DNA of 41,971 nucleotides, taken from assembly GCA_041640455.1 (NCBI GenBank), contig JBEQAF010000003.1:1-41971 (forward strand). Reading direction: 5' to 3'. Position 1 is the stretch's first letter. Each line of letters begins with the position of its first letter. This stretch comes from a bacterium. Its GTDB lineage: Bacteria > CALINM01. Both the position numbers and the translations under genes were made by a program. The notes beneath the pieces are model-generated. The model did not search any database. It saw only the letters and a program-made list of their open reading frames with translations, and was not told where the DNA came from. Positions 40,079 through 41,971 of this stretch are shown here, piece by piece.

Positions 40079-40708
40079 CTAAGCATTAAAAATTTTTTCT
40101 TCTGGTAACATTATAGCAGTCAGAACTCCTCCGTAAACTGCTCCTGTATCAATACCGATCTTATTTTTATCAAAATATGGCATAAAGCTTTTCATAGATG
40201 TATGACCAAATATGACTCTTTTGCCAAAATTAAAATCGCTAAAAATAAACTCCCCCCTAATCCACAAAAGATCTTCTTCCCTCTGACAGGTAATAGAAAC
40301 ACCAGGTTTAAGCCCTGCGTGAACAAAGATATAATTCTCAGTCTCATAATAGGGTAAAAGCTGTTTGAAAAACATTAGATGTTCATCGGGCAGATAAAAC
40401 CTTCCATTAACACTATAGCTTTCTATGGTCTTTCTGCCACCGTTTATAAAAAATATCTCCTCATTCTTTCCATTCAGATAATCAAGAAAAAGCGCCTCAT
40501 GGTTGCCTTTAAGAAATATAGTGTGATCTTTTGGTCTCTCCGCTCTTAATTTTATAAGAAAATCAATAACATTTTTGCTATCTTCGCCTCTATCTATATA
40601 ATCGCCAAGAAATACAATCAGATCTTTATCTTTCAGAGGAAGCTTATTAATTAGCTCAACCAGTCTGTTATAGAGACCATGTATATCGCCTACCGCAAAA
40701 ACATTCAT
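40079..40708 (-). CDS. PPP-family metallophosphoesterase (Ser/Thr phosphatase / ApaH-like)
   Basis: Motifs GDIHG, GDYIDRG, GNHE, VHAG and GHT appear in the canonical order. Confidence 0.85.
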   Translation of the reverse strand: MNVFAVGDIHGLYNRLVELINKLPLKDKDLIVFLGDYIDRGEDSKNVIDFLIKLRAERPKDHTIFLKGNHEALFLDYLNGKNEEIFFINGGRKTIESYSVNGRFYLPDEHLMFFKQLLPYYETENYIFVHAGLKPGVSITCQREEDLLWIRGEFIFSDFNFGKRVIFGHTSMKSFMPYFDKNKIGIDTGAVYGGVLTAIMLPEEKIFNA

Positions 40709-40787
40709 AGAAAAAATTTAACACACAAGGTTTCATAAGGCAAAGACAAAAAGCCAGTGGTAGCAATTTTTTAATAATCTGAAAAAA

Positions 40788-40796
40788 TGATATAAT
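40788..40796 (+). promoter_or_regulatory. Extended -10 promoter element TGATATAAT
   Basis: It lies 24 nt upstream of the ATG at 40820, which has an AAAGGAGG SD. Confidence 0.4.
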
Positions 40797-40819
40797 TATG
40801 AAAAAACAAAGGAGGTTTT

Positions 40820-41254
40820 ATGATACGTAAACTTTTAGTAGTTTTAATGATAGTTGTTTTATTGCCTTTTACCGCATCTGGCAAGGATGATCTGGAAGAT
40901 TTTATTTCCAGTCTGAATGTATCAGCTGAAGCTGACCTTAAGGATTTTAAGGGGAAACTTTCAGTTTCTTTCGGTGTGGATCAAACCAGAGTAGAATCGG
41001 TTTTAAAAATTACAGATAAACCAGGAGACGCCTACATGATCTTCCGCATTGCAGAGGTGGCAAACAAAAAACCAGAAGAGCTAATACCAATCTATCAGAA
41101 GAATAAAAACAGAGGCTGGGGAGTAATCGCCAGAGAGCTCGGCATAAAACCAGGTTCAAAGGAGTTTAAGGAGCTTAAAAAGAATAAATTTTCCGATACA
41201 GCAGACACGGATAAGGGGAAAAACAAAGGTAAAGGAAAAGGTAAAAACAAATAA
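40820..41254 (+). CDS. Secreted hypothetical protein with Lys/Gly-rich tail
   Basis: 144 aa with a strong SD, a signal peptide LLPFTASG-KD, a GWGVIARELGIKPGSKEFKELKK block, and the tail KGKNKGKGKGKNK. Confidence 0.6.
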   Translation: MIRKLLVVLMIVVLLPFTASGKDDLEDFISSLNVSAEADLKDFKGKLSVSFGVDQTRVESVLKITDKPGDAYMIFRIAEVANKKPEELIPIYQKNKNRGWGVIARELGIKPGSKEFKELKKNKFSDTADTDKGKNKGKGKGKNK

Positions 41255-41258
41255 AAAA

Positions 41259-41275
41259 GGGAGGCAAAGCCTCCC
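41259..41275. terminator. GC-rich hairpin GGGAGGC-AAA-GCCTCCC
   Basis: It lies 4 nt after the stop of the 144-aa gene. The U-tract exists only for the minus-strand reading (an A6 run precedes the hairpin on the plus strand). It therefore fits best as a terminator for transcripts coming from the right. Confidence 0.5.
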
Positions 41276-41550
41276 TGAACCTTATAGTCTGACAAAAACC
41301 ATATCCTTTTGTTTACAAAATTCTAACCCAATCTTCTGACTCTCCATAAATAAAATCTATCTCTGGATCTAAGCCTGCAAATATTTTCAGCTTATTTAGT
41401 GTAGGGGATGAAACAGCCAAGGTATCTTGTTGAAAATATTATACAGTTCCTTTAGGAAGTAAAGCTTTTAGTCTCCTCTTATCTTTAAGTCTACCTAAAT
41501 ATATATCGAGGACAAGTCCCATTATCTTGTAGACATTGCATTTTTTTAAA

Positions 41551-41971
41551 ATTTCAATCCTTGTTTTTATGGAAGTAGCTCGAAAGCTTAAATCTTGCAT
41601 CGTTGTTATACGATGCAAAGCTTAATTTCAATCCTTGTTTTTATGGAAGTAGCTCGAAAGCTTTATACACGTGAAACTTAATCACTTTCTTTATTTCATA
41701 TTTCAATCCTTGTTTTTATGGAAGTAGCTCGAAAGCAAAGCAGAAAAAACAGCAGGCACTGTTGACTGGTTAGATTTCAATCCTTGTTTTTATGGAAGTA
41801 GCTCGAAAGCACTTTCCAGTCCGTCCAGTTTGGCTTTATCAACTCAATTTCAATCCTTGTTTTTATGGAAGTAGCTCGAAAGCACCACCACCTGAACCAG
41901 ATGGACCAGCACCACCAAATTTCAATCCTTGTTTTTATGGAAGTAGCTCGAAAGCCTGACTAAAAATCTTA
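41551..41971. CRISPR. CRISPR array, at least 6 repeats, continuing beyond the window
   Basis: Six identical 37-nt repeats ATTTCAATCCTTGTTTTTATGGAAGTAGCTCGAAAGC start at 41551, 41625, 41700, 41774, 41847 and 41919. Spacers are 37, 38, 37, 36 and 35 nt; a sixth is truncated by the window end. Confidence 0.97.

Noticed and set aside
41436-41470. Possible degenerate CRISPR repeat (CAGTTCCTTTAGGAAGTAAAGC resembles the CAATCC...GGAAGTAGCTCGAAAGC part of the repeat)
   Set aside because: The similarity is limited to GGAAGTA and AAAGC, and the spacing to the first true repeat (about 80 nt) does not fit the array period. It is too weak to call.

Overview
Low-GC, Gram-negative-type bacterial chromosome segment with TGA used as a normal stop (code 11). 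The taxon cannot be determined from the sequence; gene content suggests an anaerobe. Positions 1-15.4 kb are ordinary housekeeping: a partial Cache/HAMP/GAF/PAS sensor, a CDF transporter, nifU-nifS-like genes, rluB-scpB-scpA-trpS plus an M50 protease, an AMP-binding ligase, and tmk-holB-PSP1-metG-tatD. The rest is more accessory. It holds an MtrA/MtrB-like decaheme cytochrome plus outer-membrane barrel pair, and a single AAA+/PD-(D/E)xK (DUF4143-type) gene bracketed by 50-bp direct repeats. It also holds a sigma-54 controlled porin-amtB-glnB operon with its GAF-type activator, and a lipoprotein/FtsX/ABC module. A complete 12-gene type II secretion operon (gspC to gspN) is preceded, tightly packed on the same strand, by a phosphoesterase, a DUF362 Fe-S protein and a composite heme membrane protein. 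A CRISPR array runs off the right edge with no cas genes in view. Most notable observations: (1) the MtrB-like barrel is interrupted by exactly one in-frame TGA, and the frame stays open for 160 more codons to a canonical OMP C-terminus; (2) the DUF4143 cassette sits inside a duplicated copy of the glnB terminator; (3) TatD is fused to a radical SAM domain; (4) the NifS/IscS homolog lacks the PLP Schiff-base lysine; (5) redox genes are packed directly upstream of the T2SS and the secretin carries an extra C-terminal domain. All functional calls come from motif recognition by eye; no database search was run.
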